DNA from: Gammaproteobacteria bacterium
GTDB lineage: Bacteria; Pseudomonadota; Gammaproteobacteria; Arenicellales; Poriferihabitantaceae
Direction of reading: 5' to 3'
Assembly: GCA_030590945.1 (NCBI GenBank)
Contig: JAUVBY010000003.1
Span: 1 to 62,365 of the forward strand
DNA: 62,365 nucleotides
Made by a program: the position numbers and the translations under genes. This document shows, in pieces, positions 9,401-17,928 of the stretch. Position 1 is the first letter of the stretch; each line of letters opens with the position of its first letter. Under the pieces are notes generated by a model. That model saw nothing but the letters and a program-made list of their open reading frames with translations. It ran no database searches and had not been told where the DNA came from.

Positions 9401-9654
9401 AGAGGAATCGACTTGCCGTGAATAGGGGTAGTTGAACCGGACAGCGCCCTGGAAACGTCCGAGTTGTTTTTAAACCGGGCGATTATCTGGCGAGCGGCGA
9501 CGGGCTGATTATTGCCCGGGCCTGCAACCGGTTCCACAGCGCTAGCGGCGTGTAAAGTGGCGGCGGTTATGAAGCTAAATATCAGGCCGATACAGGCCAA
9601 TATCAGTGCGATTTTACCGTTACGAAATGCCTTGATGATATAATGCTTAACCAC
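3466..9654 (-). CDS. giant secreted multidomain subtilisin-family (S8) serine protease/adhesin-like protein
   Basis: 2062-aa ORF with signal peptide (...LHAASA/VEP). S8 triad motifs VAVIDTG (D205), HGTHVAGTIG (H266), GTSMATPHVAG (S431). NIDO-like segment (FKFYGSVYNDVWVHTNGMLKF...APFWDDL). InlB-B-repeat-like Cys segment. Nine ~111-aa repeats. Four TSP type-3 repeats (DNCP...DTDQDGEGDTCD). Confidence 0.85.
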   Translation of the reverse strand: MVKHYIIKAFRNGKIALILACIGLIFSFITAATLHAASAVEPVAGPGNNQPVAARQIIARFKNNSDVSRALSGSTTPIHGKSIPLSIPGLKIKRNMRFEKRPSGFRAAASSSALDGFDLSVLEITDASLSIAEAIVRLEASGQVEYAEPDYLLSIDTTPNDPNFGFLYGLNNTGQTGGTAGADINAAIAWDTTTGDSNIIVAVIDTGVQYDHPDLAANMWVNPGESTNPAHRNDGIDNDNNGYIDDVYGIDTFNGDSDPMDDNSHGTHVAGTIGAVGNNNIGISGVNWNVSIMALKYLSQSGTGNTSDAIELLTYVYNMKQFHGQDIKVSNASWGGGGFSQSLYDAIELTESAGILFAAAAGNDGTNNDTVAHYPSSYELDSIIAVAATDDNDDAYTLTNYGLTSVDLAAPGVSIYSTIPGDGYGLKTGTSMATPHVAGAAALLWAAKPDLSMLEVKQTLLGTVDLLASMNGITLSGGRLNISSALSCSIGNPVMDLTYPQENSTSIVGENTLFQLRISDCGIAITGASVSVSPDSADPDFNLLDNGITPDLTAGDGIYSGNWNPATEGTTILTITASDTGSADLNLQRSLTVINIPTYSASNTYPYAWSDASDGTNILQGGVDAGNLDDGDVNIPIEFDFKFYGSVYNDVWVHTNGMLKFGASNPLSFYEALEIPDSTEPNNYIAPFWDDLNPAVSSGGMYSKLEGSAPNRRLVIQWHDLKHFNQIQSGGPTGSVTFQAILYEGTNDIVVQYLDTTFDNPLYNQGANALAGIEFLDGSRGIEFANRAGGLNEEMAILYSPDSSSKKVLTVNDDFVGGDISDDQSPSQINCPQACYGQYSNNATIVLTAAAQAGFTFAGWNGAGCSGTGTCSVTMDTHKNVSASFVVTPVIQVTPNSGLTTTEAGMGNATFDMSLTTQPASNVTVALSSDDLSEGTVSPASVTFTSTNWVQAQTVTVTGQNDDLDDGDVTYHIITAPASSGDPDYAGLNPDDITLNNIDDDAAGFTIIPLNGLQTTETIGGTDSFTVRLNSEPTASVTLTLASSDTDEGTIDKGSLNFTASNWSQPQTVTVTGVDDDVDDNNQTYSIITAAATGGDYLGINPPDVSVTNEDNDIAGFTITPLSGLVTTEAEGSDTFTVKLNSEPTASVTLTLSSSNIDEGIIDKTSLAFTTSNWNQPQTVTITGVDDDVADNNQTYVIITAAATGGDYLGINPPDVSVSNEDNDTVGFTITPLTGLGTTEDGGTDTFTVKLNTEPTANVTLALSSSNTGEGTIDKTSLVFTILNWNLPQTVTITGVDDDVADANQTYSIITAAAAGGGYLGVNPPDVSVTNENNDTPGITIGPLSGLETTESGGSDTFTVKLDSEPTANVTLTLLSSNTAEGTVDKGSLNFTTVNWNQPQTVTVTGVDDDVDDNEQAYSIITNAATGGDYVGINPSDVSVTNQDNDTAGFTITPLTGLVTTEAEGIDTFTVKLNSEPTASVTLTLSSSNTNEGTIDKISLDFTTSNWNQVQTVTVTGVDDDVDDNDQTYSILTATATGGDYVGINPPDVSVTNEDNDTAGFTIAPLSGLVTTEAEGTDTFTVKLNSEPTAGVTLTLSSSNTAEGTIDKTFLNFTTINWNQAQTVTITGVNDDVDDNNQTYSIITGAATGGDYIGINPSDVSVTNQDNDTAGFTITPLSGLVTTEAGGTDTFTVKLNSEPTANVTLTLSSSNTNEGTIDKTSLDFTTSNWNQVQTVTVTGVNDDADDNDQTYFILTAAATGGDYAEINPSNVSVTNQDNDTAGFTITPLSGLQTTEAVGGTDTFTVRLNSEPTASVTLTLLSSNTAEGTIDKALLNFTPDDWDQLQTITVTGVNDDLDDGNIAYTILTNLSSSVDPLYTINPANISVTNIDDDDDTDSDGRIDTLDNCPLISNANQLDTDFDGEGDVCDSDDDDDTILDGDDNCPLDANLAQKDTDQDGEGDTCDMDIDNDTIENDVDNCPLDSNPSQTDTDQDGEGDTCDPDIDNDDYLNEGDNCPNTPNADQLDSDGNGIGDACDTINQPVDDSMCLPIRTQNSGIVIICL
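3973..6993 (-). repeat. nine tandem ~333-bp (111-codon) coding repeats inside the giant protease gene
   Basis: Protein units GFTITPLSGL.TTEA.GTDTFTVKLNSEPTA.VTLTLSSSNT.EGTIDK.SL.FT.SNWNQ.QTVT.TGVDDDVDDN.QTYSIIT.AATGGDY.GINP.DVSVTN.DNDTA repeat nine times. Antisense shadow ORFs in the track recur with the same ~333/666-nt spacing. Confidence 0.9.
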
Positions 9655-9763
9655 TTGAATTCGCCCGCTTTTGCGTTACCTGGTCCCTGTGATTCTGGAA
9701 TTACCAAAGTTTACCATTAATATAAGCAACTTTAGTCATTTTCACGGGTACGGCTTCGGTCCA

Positions 9764-9830
9764 GTAGGGTGGATAAGCCAAAGGCGCATCCACCATTTTT
9801 AGATTAATTCGGTGGATGCGCTGCGCCCAC
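9764..9830. repeat. REP-like palindromic element, inverted copy of 1796-1826, plus an extra arm
   Basis: GTAGGGTGGATAAGCCAAAGGCGCATCCACC (9764-9794) is the reverse complement of the 1796-1826 element. GCGCATCCACC can also pair with GGTGGATGCGC at 9811-9821. Confidence 0.7.
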
Positions 9831-9929
9831 TAAAATCATTCGATCACCCTGCATTTCGTACTTGGCCTGTCGAGATTAAGGCAGGCAGGTCAAATACGCT
9901 AATTAATCCATCTTCCGTGTGCATTGCCA

Positions 9930-9959
9930 TTACCAATAAATGCCTGATTTAGGTACAAT
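9930..9959 (+). promoter_or_regulatory. candidate sigma70 promoter of lepA
   Basis: TTACCA (9930-9935), 18-bp spacer, TACAAT (9954-9959), about 40 nt upstream of the lepA ATG. Sequence pattern only. Confidence 0.3.
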
Positions 9960-9998
9960 CCGCGCCTCAATAAATATGCTGTTTTAGCTGAACCCTGT

Positions 9999-11813
9999 AT
10001 GTCAACCACCGATCTGTCTCTAATCCGTAATTTCGCCATCATTGCGCATGTTGATCATGGCAAGTCTACGCTGGCCGATCGACTGATCCAGGCTTGCGAA
10101 GGTCTGGCGGATCGCGAGATGAAAGAACAGGTGCTCGATACTATGGATATTGAGCGTGAGCGCGGCATTACAATCAAGGCACAAAGCGTTACGCTCAATT
10201 ACACCGCGAAGGATGGCCTGACCTACCAGTTTAATTTTATTGATACACCCGGTCATGTAGATTTCTCCTATGAGGTGTCGCGCTCTTTAAAGGCCTGTGA
10301 AGGCGTATTACTCGTTGTCGATGCTTCGCAGGGTGTCGAGGCACAAACGGTAGCAAACTGTTATACCGCGACCGATCTGGGGCTGGAAATTATACCCGTG
10401 CTCAATAAAATCGATTTACCCTCCGCGGATCCCGAGCGGGTAATGCAGGAAATCGAGGATGTAGTGGGTATTGATGCCACGGATTCAATTTCAGCCAGCG
10501 CCAAAACCGGCGAGGGAATTGATGAAGTTCTCGAAGCCATTGTTACACGTCTGCCACCGCCCGTTGGTGAGCTGGATAAACCATTCAAGGCGCTGATCAT
10601 TGATTCCTGGTTTGACAACTATCTGGGGGTGGTGTCGCTGGTGCGCGTAATGGACGGCGAGTTAATCGGCAACAAGAAAAACAAGATAAAAATGATGTCG
10701 ACGGGTGCGGTGCACGCGGTCGACCAGGTGGGAGTATTCACTCCAAAATTAACCCGTACCGATAAACTCACTGCAGGCACGGTCGGATTCATCACCGCCT
10801 CGCTCAAAGATATCCGCGCGGCGAAAGTAGGTGATACCATAACCAGTGCCGCCAACCCGGCTACAGAGTCCCTGGAAGGTTTTCAGGAAGCGCAACCGAT
10901 GGTGTTCGCAGGGTTATATCCGATTGAAAGCTCAGATTTCGAAAATTTCAGGACCGCGCTGGACAAGCTCAGCCTTAACGATGCGGCGCTGCATTATGAG
11001 CCGGAAACATCGCAGGCTCTGGGGTTTGGGTTTCGTTGCGGTTTTCTCGGGCTGCTACACATGGAAATCATCCAGGAGCGGCTCGAGCGTGAATACAATA
11101 TCGATCTGATAACCACTGCGCCGACCGTAATCTACGAGATTGAACTGACCAGCGGCGAAGTGATTGAAATTGCTAACCCGGCGCAGTTACCGCCCCCTAA
11201 TAAAATTGGCGAAATACGCGAACCCTATATCAGCGCACGCGTCCTCACGCCGCAGGAATATGTCGGCGCGGTGATTACCCTGTGCATTGAAAAACGCGGA
11301 AACCTCATCAATACGCACTATCACAGCAACCAGGTGATGATGGATTTTGAGATACCGCTCAACGAAGTGGTGCTGGATTTCTTCGATTTGCTTAAATCAT
11401 CAACCAGAGGTTATGCCTCTCTGGATTATGAATTCCTGGAATATCGATCGGCGGACATGGTAAAAGTTGATATACTTATTAATGGCGAAAAAGTAGATCC
11501 GCTTGCGGTCCTTGTACACCGTGCGCAATCCATATATCGCGGGCGCCAACTGGTGAGCAGGATGCGTAAAATTATTCCCCGGCAAATGTTTGATGTGGCT
11601 ATTCAGGCCGCAATCGGAGTGAAAGTGATTTCGCGCGAGACGGTAAAGGCGTTACGTAAAAACGTGACCGCAAAATGCTACGGTGGAGATATCACGCGTA
11701 AGAAAAAATTGCTGGAAAAGCAGAAAGAAGGCAAAAAAAGAATGAAACAGGTGGGGTCGGTAGAGATTCCGCAAGAAGCTTTTCTCGCGGTTTTGCGCGT
11801 AGATGATGATTAA
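9999..11813 (+). CDS. lepA: elongation factor 4 (translational GTPase LepA)
   Basis: 604 aa. G motifs [22 protein letters not shown]. LepA-specific C-terminal domain (...[23 protein letters not shown]). Confidence 0.97.
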   Translation: MSTTDLSLIRNFAIIAHVDHGKSTLADRLIQACEGLADREMKEQVLDTMDIERERGITIKAQSVTLNYTAKDGLTYQFNFIDTPGHVDFSYEVSRSLKACEGVLLVVDASQGVEAQTVANCYTATDLGLEIIPVLNKIDLPSADPERVMQEIEDVVGIDATDSISASAKTGEGIDEVLEAIVTRLPPPVGELDKPFKALIIDSWFDNYLGVVSLVRVMDGELIGNKKNKIKMMSTGAVHAVDQVGVFTPKLTRTDKLTAGTVGFITASLKDIRAAKVGDTITSAANPATESLEGFQEAQPMVFAGLYPIESSDFENFRTALDKLSLNDAALHYEPETSQALGFGFRCGFLGLLHMEIIQERLEREYNIDLITTAPTVIYEIELTSGEVIEIANPAQLPPPNKIGEIREPYISARVLTPQEYVGAVITLCIEKRGNLINTHYHSNQVMMDFEIPLNEVVLDFFDLLKSSTRGYASLDYEFLEYRSADMVKVDILINGEKVDPLAVLVHRAQSIYRGRQLVSRMRKIIPRQMFDVAIQAAIGVKVISRETVKALRKNVTAKCYGGDITRKKKLLEKQKEGKKRMKQVGSVEIPQEAFLAVLRVDDD

Positions 11814-11830
11814 TAAACTGGAATAACAAG

Positions 11831-12583
11831 ATGGTTTTAGAATGGATATTACTAGGTCTGGCGGTGCTGACTGGCGCGCTGGTTCTATTGGGGAAAATAA
11901 AGCGTATGCCTGAGGGGCGGTCTACATTAGTGGATTATGGCCGTTCTTTGTTTCCGGTCATTATGATTGTATTTGTATTGCGCTCGTTCATAGTAGAACC
12001 CTTCAGGATCCCCTCAGGATCGATGTTGCCTACCCTGCATCTGGGTGATTTTATACTGGTAAACAAGGCTGCCTATGGCCTGCGCCTGCCCATTGTGTAT
12101 CACAAGGTCATTCCGACCGGCTCGCCGGATCGGGGCGATGTAATGGTTTTTCGTTTTCCAGAGAACCCTAAAATTAACTTTATCAAGCGAGTGGTTGGTT
12201 TACCGGGGGATCATATTCGGGTCGTTGGCCGTACACTGTACGTCAATGGCAATAAAATTCAGCAACAACTGCTTGATGATAACCATAAAACCAATGATCG
12301 ACGCGCTTACATTTCAAATCGATACCTGGAAACTCTGGATGACATGACGCACAATATACTCGTGCGCCGTGGCGGACGTGGTTCGAAAGGGTTTGATGGT
12401 GTGGTTCCCAAAGGGCACTATTTCGTGCTGGGTGATAACCGTGATAATAGCCGTGATAGTCGCTATTGGGGCTTTGTGCCCGAAGAGAATTTGGTGGGCC
12501 GGGCGTTCTTTATCTGGATGGCCTGGGATGTTGTCAACGGTGGCGGGGTAGATTGGGGTAGAATTGGCGGTGTGATCGATTAA
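11831..12583 (+). CDS. lepB: signal peptidase I
   Basis: 250 aa. Catalytic boxes SGSMLPTL, KRVVGLPGD, GDNRDNSRDSRYWGFVP. Directly downstream of lepA. Confidence 0.93.
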   Translation: MVLEWILLGLAVLTGALVLLGKIKRMPEGRSTLVDYGRSLFPVIMIVFVLRSFIVEPFRIPSGSMLPTLHLGDFILVNKAAYGLRLPIVYHKVIPTGSPDRGDVMVFRFPENPKINFIKRVVGLPGDHIRVVGRTLYVNGNKIQQQLLDDNHKTNDRRAYISNRYLETLDDMTHNILVRRGGRGSKGFDGVVPKGHYFVLGDNRDNSRDSRYWGFVPEENLVGRAFFIWMAWDVVNGGGVDWGRIGGVID

Positions 12584-12612
12584 AGTACAGCAGTCAAGCA
12601 GGAGTTAATATC

Positions 12613-13011
12613 ATGAAATTATATAAACAGTCGCATCAGCAGCGTGGGTTCTCAACCGGATGTGTGTTGGTAACCATTTCCCTTATGGTCGTTATAGGGT
12701 TTTTTGGCTTTCGTCTGGGTGGTCCTTTTATCGAACATCAGATTCTGGCCGGTTCGATGGATGACGTGGCCAGGCTTGATGATTTTGCGACGGCAAGCAA
12801 ACGGCAAATAGTTGGCAGAATTGGGGAAGGGATACGCAGAAACTCAGGAATGAATCAATCTACGCTGGATGTGAATAAAATTTTGTATATTGTAAAGCGC
12901 GATGGCAAAAAAATCATTGGGGTTAATTATGAAGTGGCTACGGGTTTACTCTACAATGTCAGTGCCCTGATGCATTTTAAGCACGAAAGCTCTGCCGGTA
13001 TACGCTATTAG
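12613..13011 (+). CDS. DUF4845-like small membrane-anchored protein
   Basis: 132 aa with one N-terminal TM helix. It occupies the lepB-rnc slot that a DUF4845 protein occupies in many gammaproteobacteria. Assigned from memory, not from a search. Confidence 0.55.
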   Translation: MKLYKQSHQQRGFSTGCVLVTISLMVVIGFFGFRLGGPFIEHQILAGSMDDVARLDDFATASKRQIVGRIGEGIRRNSGMNQSTLDVNKILYIVKRDGKKIIGVNYEVATGLLYNVSALMHFKHESSAGIRY

Positions 13012-13022
13012 CGGGATGAAGC

Positions 13023-13718
13023 TTGTTATCGTTGCATGAAGGTTCGAATGTGAGCCCTAATCTGGATCCATTGCAGGCGCGTATCCAGTATCAGTTTAAT
13101 GATCTGATGTATCTGAATACCGCACTTACGCATCGAAGTGCGCACCATTTAAACAACGAACGCCTGGAGTTTCTGGGCGATGCTGTGCTGGGCCAGGTGA
13201 TCGCTAGAGCCTTGTTTGACCGATTCCCGGATGCGCGCGAGGGCAAATTGACCCGCATGCGTGCAAAATTGGTGCGCGGTGATACCTTGTCAGAGATTGC
13301 AGAAGAAATCGGGCTGCAGACCTATTTAATCCTGGGTGAGGGCGAACTGAAGGCTGGTGGTCGTCAACGCCGTTCTATTCGTGCGGATGCACTTGAAGCG
13401 TTATTTGGTGCAATCTGCCTTGATAGTGAATTTGGTCATGCCCGGCAGGTGATTTTAAACCTGTTTCAGTCACGCCTCGCCGAAGCGAACCCAGATATAG
13501 AAAAAGACCCTAAAACCTTGTTGCAAGAAGCGGTGCAAAAGCAGGGGAACGTATTACCAGAATATCAAATTCTATCCAAAACCGGGCGGGCGCATGATCT
13601 GGATTTTGTGGTTCAATGCCGTTTGGTCGATATGGATGTGAGTGAAACCGCCAGTGGTAAAAGCAGGCGTAGTGCTGAACAGGCCGCAGCGCTTAAAATA
13701 TTGGCTAAAATTAAATAA
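13023..13718 (+). CDS. rnc: ribonuclease III
   Basis: RNase III signature ERLEFLGDAVLG and a C-terminal dsRBD. The track start is TTG 13023, but in-frame GTG 13050 (VSPNLDPLQARIQYQF...) may be the real start. Confidence 0.93.
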   Translation: MLSLHEGSNVSPNLDPLQARIQYQFNDLMYLNTALTHRSAHHLNNERLEFLGDAVLGQVIARALFDRFPDAREGKLTRMRAKLVRGDTLSEIAEEIGLQTYLILGEGELKAGGRQRRSIRADALEALFGAICLDSEFGHARQVILNLFQSRLAEANPDIEKDPKTLLQEAVQKQGNVLPEYQILSKTGRAHDLDFVVQCRLVDMDVSETASGKSRRSAEQAAALKILAKIK

Positions 13719-13723
13719 TCTGA

Positions 13724-14647
13724 ATGAGTGCGATGAGTAAACAAGACAATCAAGCTAAGAAATTTGGGTTTGTTGCGTTGGTTGGCCCACCGAATGCGGG
13801 CAAATCGACGTTAATGAATCACATGATTGGCACGAAAATAGCCATAACTTCGCGTAAACCACAGACCACGCGCCATCGTATTCTAGGCATTAAAACCACG
13901 GATGATGCACAGATCGTGTTTGTCGATACGCCCGGCATACATGATCCCGGTAAACGCCAGCTCAACAAAGTAATCAATAAAACAGCAATCAACAGCATCG
14001 AAGACGTTGATATTGTGCTATTTATGATGGATGACCGAGGCTGGAATGACGAAGTAGAACTCGCGTTTAAGGCCATCGGGCAACCTAAAGCACCAGTGTA
14101 TCTGATAATAAATAAGGTAGACAAACTCAGTGATAAAAAGGCATTGTTGCCGATTATTGATGCGGCGCAAAAGCGCCATGATTTTGAGCAGATCATCCCT
14201 ATTTCAGCGATGCAAATTAAGGATACCAATGCCTTGTGGAAAACCTTATTGAATGCTTTGACAGCGGACGAAATGGGTTATGGTTTTCCGCCCGACCAGG
14301 TGACGGATAAAAGTCAGCGTTTTCTGGCCTCGGAACTGGTACGGGAGCAGCTGTTTCGTCAGCTTGGCCAGGAGCTTCCTTATGCTACAGCGGTGGAAAT
14401 TACTCGATTTGAAGCAGAAGATGAAGATTTTCTATCCATGGATATGACGATCTGGGTTGATAGAGACGGGCAAAAAGGAATTATTGTTGGTAAAAAGGGC
14501 GTTAAATTAAAAGAAATCGGAACTCGCGCCCGTGAGCAGATGCAGGCATTATTTGGAAAACGGGTACACGTATCTTTGTGGGTGAAGGTTCGTAAAGGTT
14601 GGGCCGATAACGCGCGCATGCTCAAATCCCTGGGGTATACCGAGTAG
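13724..14647 (+). CDS. era: GTPase Era
   Basis: 307 aa. GPPNAGKST, DTPG, NKVD motifs and a C-terminal KH domain. Conserved rnc-era-recO order. Confidence 0.95.
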   Translation: MSAMSKQDNQAKKFGFVALVGPPNAGKSTLMNHMIGTKIAITSRKPQTTRHRILGIKTTDDAQIVFVDTPGIHDPGKRQLNKVINKTAINSIEDVDIVLFMMDDRGWNDEVELAFKAIGQPKAPVYLIINKVDKLSDKKALLPIIDAAQKRHDFEQIIPISAMQIKDTNALWKTLLNALTADEMGYGFPPDQVTDKSQRFLASELVREQLFRQLGQELPYATAVEITRFEAEDEDFLSMDMTIWVDRDGQKGIIVGKKGVKLKEIGTRAREQMQALFGKRVHVSLWVKVRKGWADNARMLKSLGYTE

Positions 14648-14668
14648 AGTAGTGAACGCCTTTCCCCG

Positions 14669-15397
14669 GTGCGAATAAACCAACAACCCGCTTACGTGTT
14701 GCACGCCCGGCCCTGGTCCGAGACCAGTTTGCTGGTGGATGTGTTTACGCGCGAACACGGCCGTTTTCGTTTGTTGGCCAAGGGTGCGCGGCGACCAAAA
14801 AACGGGCAAAGGGCTTTATTGCAGCCGTTTCAACCGTTAAGCATCTCGTGGTCTGCCAGGCGGAGTTTAGGCACCTTAACCGGTGTCGAAACGCGAACTC
14901 ACCATTCTCGTTTGCGTGCGCTGCAATTGGCTTCGGCCTATTATATGTCTGAGTTATTGTTTAAGTTTTTGCACGCGCATGATGCGCATGAATCACTGTT
15001 TGAAGCATACGAGGAAGCTATCGGGCAATTGTGTGAGCAACAGGATGCCGAATCGGTATTGCGGCGTTTTGAATGCAGTTTGTTGGGTGAGGTAGGTTAC
15101 GGCTTACAACTGGAGCATGATGCAGCAAGCTTAAAGCCCGTCAATGCCAATGCGCGCTACTATTATTACCCGGAAAAAGGTCCGATAGAGGTGCGTGAAA
15201 GCGACAGTCAGGCCGGCTTGACCGTTTCAGGGCGAACTTTGATGGCGCTGTCGAGTAAAAAGTTTGATAACCCGCAAGTGCAAAAAGAAAGCAAGCAGCT
15301 ATTACGAATGCTGCTAACGCGTCAGGTAAAGGGGCGGGCGTTTCAAACGCGTACCGTTTACGCACAGATATTGAAGTCCCTGGAGCAGGGGTCTTAA
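14669..15397 (+). CDS. recO: DNA repair protein RecO
   Basis: 242 aa. Typical N-terminus (QPAYVLHARPWSETSLLVDVFTREHGRFRLLAKGARR). GTG start. Follows era. Confidence 0.9.
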   Translation: MRINQQPAYVLHARPWSETSLLVDVFTREHGRFRLLAKGARRPKNGQRALLQPFQPLSISWSARRSLGTLTGVETRTHHSRLRALQLASAYYMSELLFKFLHAHDAHESLFEAYEEAIGQLCEQQDAESVLRRFECSLLGEVGYGLQLEHDAASLKPVNANARYYYYPEKGPIEVRESDSQAGLTVSGRTLMALSSKKFDNPQVQKESKQLLRMLLTRQVKGRAFQTRTVYAQILKSLEQGS

Positions 15398-15431
15398 CTG
15401 CGGCGAACTTGCTTAATCAGCCTCCTAAAGC

Positions 15432-15971
15432 CTATAACATACGCTTTAAGGTGCCCTTGTGATCAATAAACTGATGCTTAAGCGCCGCTGCAGCGTGTAA
15501 TACTACCAGCGCCAGTGTGGCATAGGCGAAATAATAGTGTATGTCGATGGCGATATCGCGCGCGCGTTCATTGATTTGCAGTAAAACCGGAAAACTGAAC
15601 CAGTCAAACACCTCGATGGCGGCGTCTTCGGAGGTGGATACCAGATAACCCGTGATCGGTATGATCATCATCGCCAGGCGCAAAATAGAATGCACCAGGC
15701 TCGACGCGATTCGCTCAAAGGCATTAAGCGTGGCCTGTGGTTCGGGTGCTTTGTCTACAAAGCTCCAGATCACCTTAAAACCCACCATCAGGAGAACGAT
15801 TATGCCGAGTGACTTATGCCAGTTCAGCGAATCGTGATACCAGGGGTCATAATAGCTCAATCCGACCATCCACCAGCCTATGCCCGATAGAGCAATAATA
15901 AGCAGTGCGATCAGCCAGTGTAATAATTTGGCGATCAGGCTGTATTGATCGGGGATATTTTTGTAAGGCAT
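15432..15971 (-). CDS. cytochrome b561 family protein
   Basis: 179 aa, four TM helices, conserved His positions (LLHWLIA..., WHKSLG..., HAAAALKH). Paired with yceI as is usual. Confidence 0.85.
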   Translation of the reverse strand: MPYKNIPDQYSLIAKLLHWLIALLIIALSGIGWWMVGLSYYDPWYHDSLNWHKSLGIIVLLMVGFKVIWSFVDKAPEPQATLNAFERIASSLVHSILRLAMMIIPITGYLVSTSEDAAIEVFDWFSFPVLLQINERARDIAIDIHYYFAYATLALVVLHAAAALKHQFIDHKGTLKRML

Positions 15972-15985
15972 GTTACACGGGCTTA

Positions 15986-16552
15986 TTACTGGCGAATTCC
16001 CTCGATTGTGAATTGAAACTGCATCGTTTTGGCGGCCGGACCGAGGTCGTAGCCAATGCCAAAATCCTCTCGTACCAGCTCAGTGGCGCCGGAAAAGCCA
16101 ACGCGATAATTGCCCCATGGGTCTTCGCCTTCGCCGATTTTAATAACTTCGATGGAAATTTCTTTGCTGACGCCATGCATGTTAAGCATGCCTGTTAGCG
16201 TGCCGCCCGCCTCGTTAGATACAAAAGAGGTACTGCTAAAACTGGCTTCCGGGTGCTTTTCGACATCGAGGAAATCGTCACTGCGTAAATGCTTATCGCG
16301 TTCGGCGTGATTGGTGTCGACGCTGGCCGGGTCGATGTCGATTTCGATGCGACTGTCGTTGGGGTTGGCGCTATCATAACTCAATTCCCCGGTCAGGCGG
16401 TTAAAACGCCCGTGTAACATGCTGAAGCCAAGATGGTTGATTTCGAATTCAATGAACGAGTGCGCGGGGTCGAGTTTATACTCTGCTGCGTGCGCAGGAA
16501 CCATTAGAAACAGACTGGCCAGACTGGCCGTCGTTAGCAGGGATTTGAACAT
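15986..16552 (-). CDS. yceI: YceI-family periplasmic polyisoprenoid-binding protein
   Basis: 188 aa. Signal peptide plus YceI core (YKLDPAHSFIEFEINHLGFSMLHGRFN). Confidence 0.88.
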   Translation of the reverse strand: MFKSLLTTASLASLFLMVPAHAAEYKLDPAHSFIEFEINHLGFSMLHGRFNRLTGELSYDSANPNDSRIEIDIDPASVDTNHAERDKHLRSDDFLDVEKHPEASFSSTSFVSNEAGGTLTGMLNMHGVSKEISIEVIKIGEGEDPWGNYRVGFSGATELVREDFGIGYDLGPAAKTMQFQFTIEGIRQ

Positions 16553-16651
16553 TGGGGAATTCTCCTTTATTTATAGATAGGTACCGTCTTCGACCGGAAG
16601 AGATTTATAAAGTTCATCCGGGTCGTTTAGCTTTGTATTGTTTGCCCTGGT

Positions 16652-17908
16652 TTAAGTAAGGTCTGCCATACCCGCTTCCAGTATTTTAATCACTTCCGCC
16701 ACGTCTTCCTGACGGCAGGTGCCGACCGAGATTCGAAACCAGTCGCCGTAGTTTTTCGCGCCAAACCAGGAAAAGGGTAATACACCAATTTTTACGGTGT
16801 TGAGCAGGTATTGATGTACGGCATCGGAATCTTTAAGAAGGATTCCATCGCTGGTGGTTTTGCCCACCAGGTTGATTTTTACGGTCAGATAAATCGCAGC
16901 CTGAGGCGCGATGGCATCCACCGGATATCCTTTGGCTTTGAGCGCCATAAACCCGTCATAAAAGCCTTGAAGGCGTGATTGTAATTGAGCCCGGAACTGA
17001 CTCAAATAAGAATCAACCGCCTCGGTGTCGAGCAGGAATTTGCCGGCTGCGACCTGTTCCGGTTTGGGTGCCCAGGCGCCAATATGGGCGATCAGAGCGC
17101 GCATTTTTGGCAGTATATGCGCCGGGGCGGTGGCCCATCCAACTCGAATACCGGTGCCGGCGAAGGACTTGGATAAGCCGTCGATAAATACCGCGTAATC
17201 TTTGATCTCGGGGCAAACCTTTAGCGGGTGGTGAAACTCAACATCACCAAAGGTCAGTAACCAGTACACCTGGTCGAACATCACGTAAAGCGGTTTTTCA
17301 TCAGCGGAACGGCGCTTATTAACATCGACCACCATCTCGCAAATTTCTTTCAGGCGCTCACGCGTAAAAACCGTGCCGGTCGGGTTTTGCGGTGAACACA
17401 GCGCAAGCAGTTGGGCATCGTCAAGATGGGGGCGCAGTTCTTCTGCGGTCGGCATAAAATCATTTTCAGGAGAGGTTTCGACCACCGTTGCCCTGGTGTT
17501 TGTGAGCAGGGTGTAGTAATCATTGTTCCAGGATGGACCCGGAAATACGACCTTGTCTCCCGGATCAACGATCACGTTATAACAGGCGTAAATCAACGGG
17601 CGTGACCCACTGGCAATCTGGATGTCGGCAGCGGTATAGTCCAGCCCGCAGATTCGGTTCAAGGTTTGTGCCACGCCTTCACGGAATCCGGGGGTACCAA
17701 ACGCACCCGGGTAGTTGGTTTGATTATCTTCGTAGGCTTTGATGGTTTCGGCTTTGAGCAGATCCGGAATCGGGAAGATATCCGAATCGAAATCGCCCAC
17801 CGTGAAATTGAATATTTTATCTCCAGCGGCTATTTTTTCGTTTATTTGTGCAGCGATAGTAAGAATAGGTGAGGTGGTAATGCCTTCGGCGAGTTTGGAC
17901 AGTTTCAT
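16652..17908 (-). CDS. PLP-dependent aminotransferase, class I/II
   Basis: 418 aa. PLP-lysine box GLSKSFAGTGIRVGW and class-I fold motifs. Substrate not inferable from sequence. Confidence 0.85.
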   Translation of the reverse strand: MKLSKLAEGITTSPILTIAAQINEKIAAGDKIFNFTVGDFDSDIFPIPDLLKAETIKAYEDNQTNYPGAFGTPGFREGVAQTLNRICGLDYTAADIQIASGSRPLIYACYNVIVDPGDKVVFPGPSWNNDYYTLLTNTRATVVETSPENDFMPTAEELRPHLDDAQLLALCSPQNPTGTVFTRERLKEICEMVVDVNKRRSADEKPLYVMFDQVYWLLTFGDVEFHHPLKVCPEIKDYAVFIDGLSKSFAGTGIRVGWATAPAHILPKMRALIAHIGAWAPKPEQVAAGKFLLDTEAVDSYLSQFRAQLQSRLQGFYDGFMALKAKGYPVDAIAPQAAIYLTVKINLVGKTTSDGILLKDSDAVHQYLLNTVKIGVLPFSWFGAKNYGDWFRISVGTCRQEDVAEVIKILEAGMADLT

Positions 17909-17928
17909 TTGAAGATCTATATAATTGC

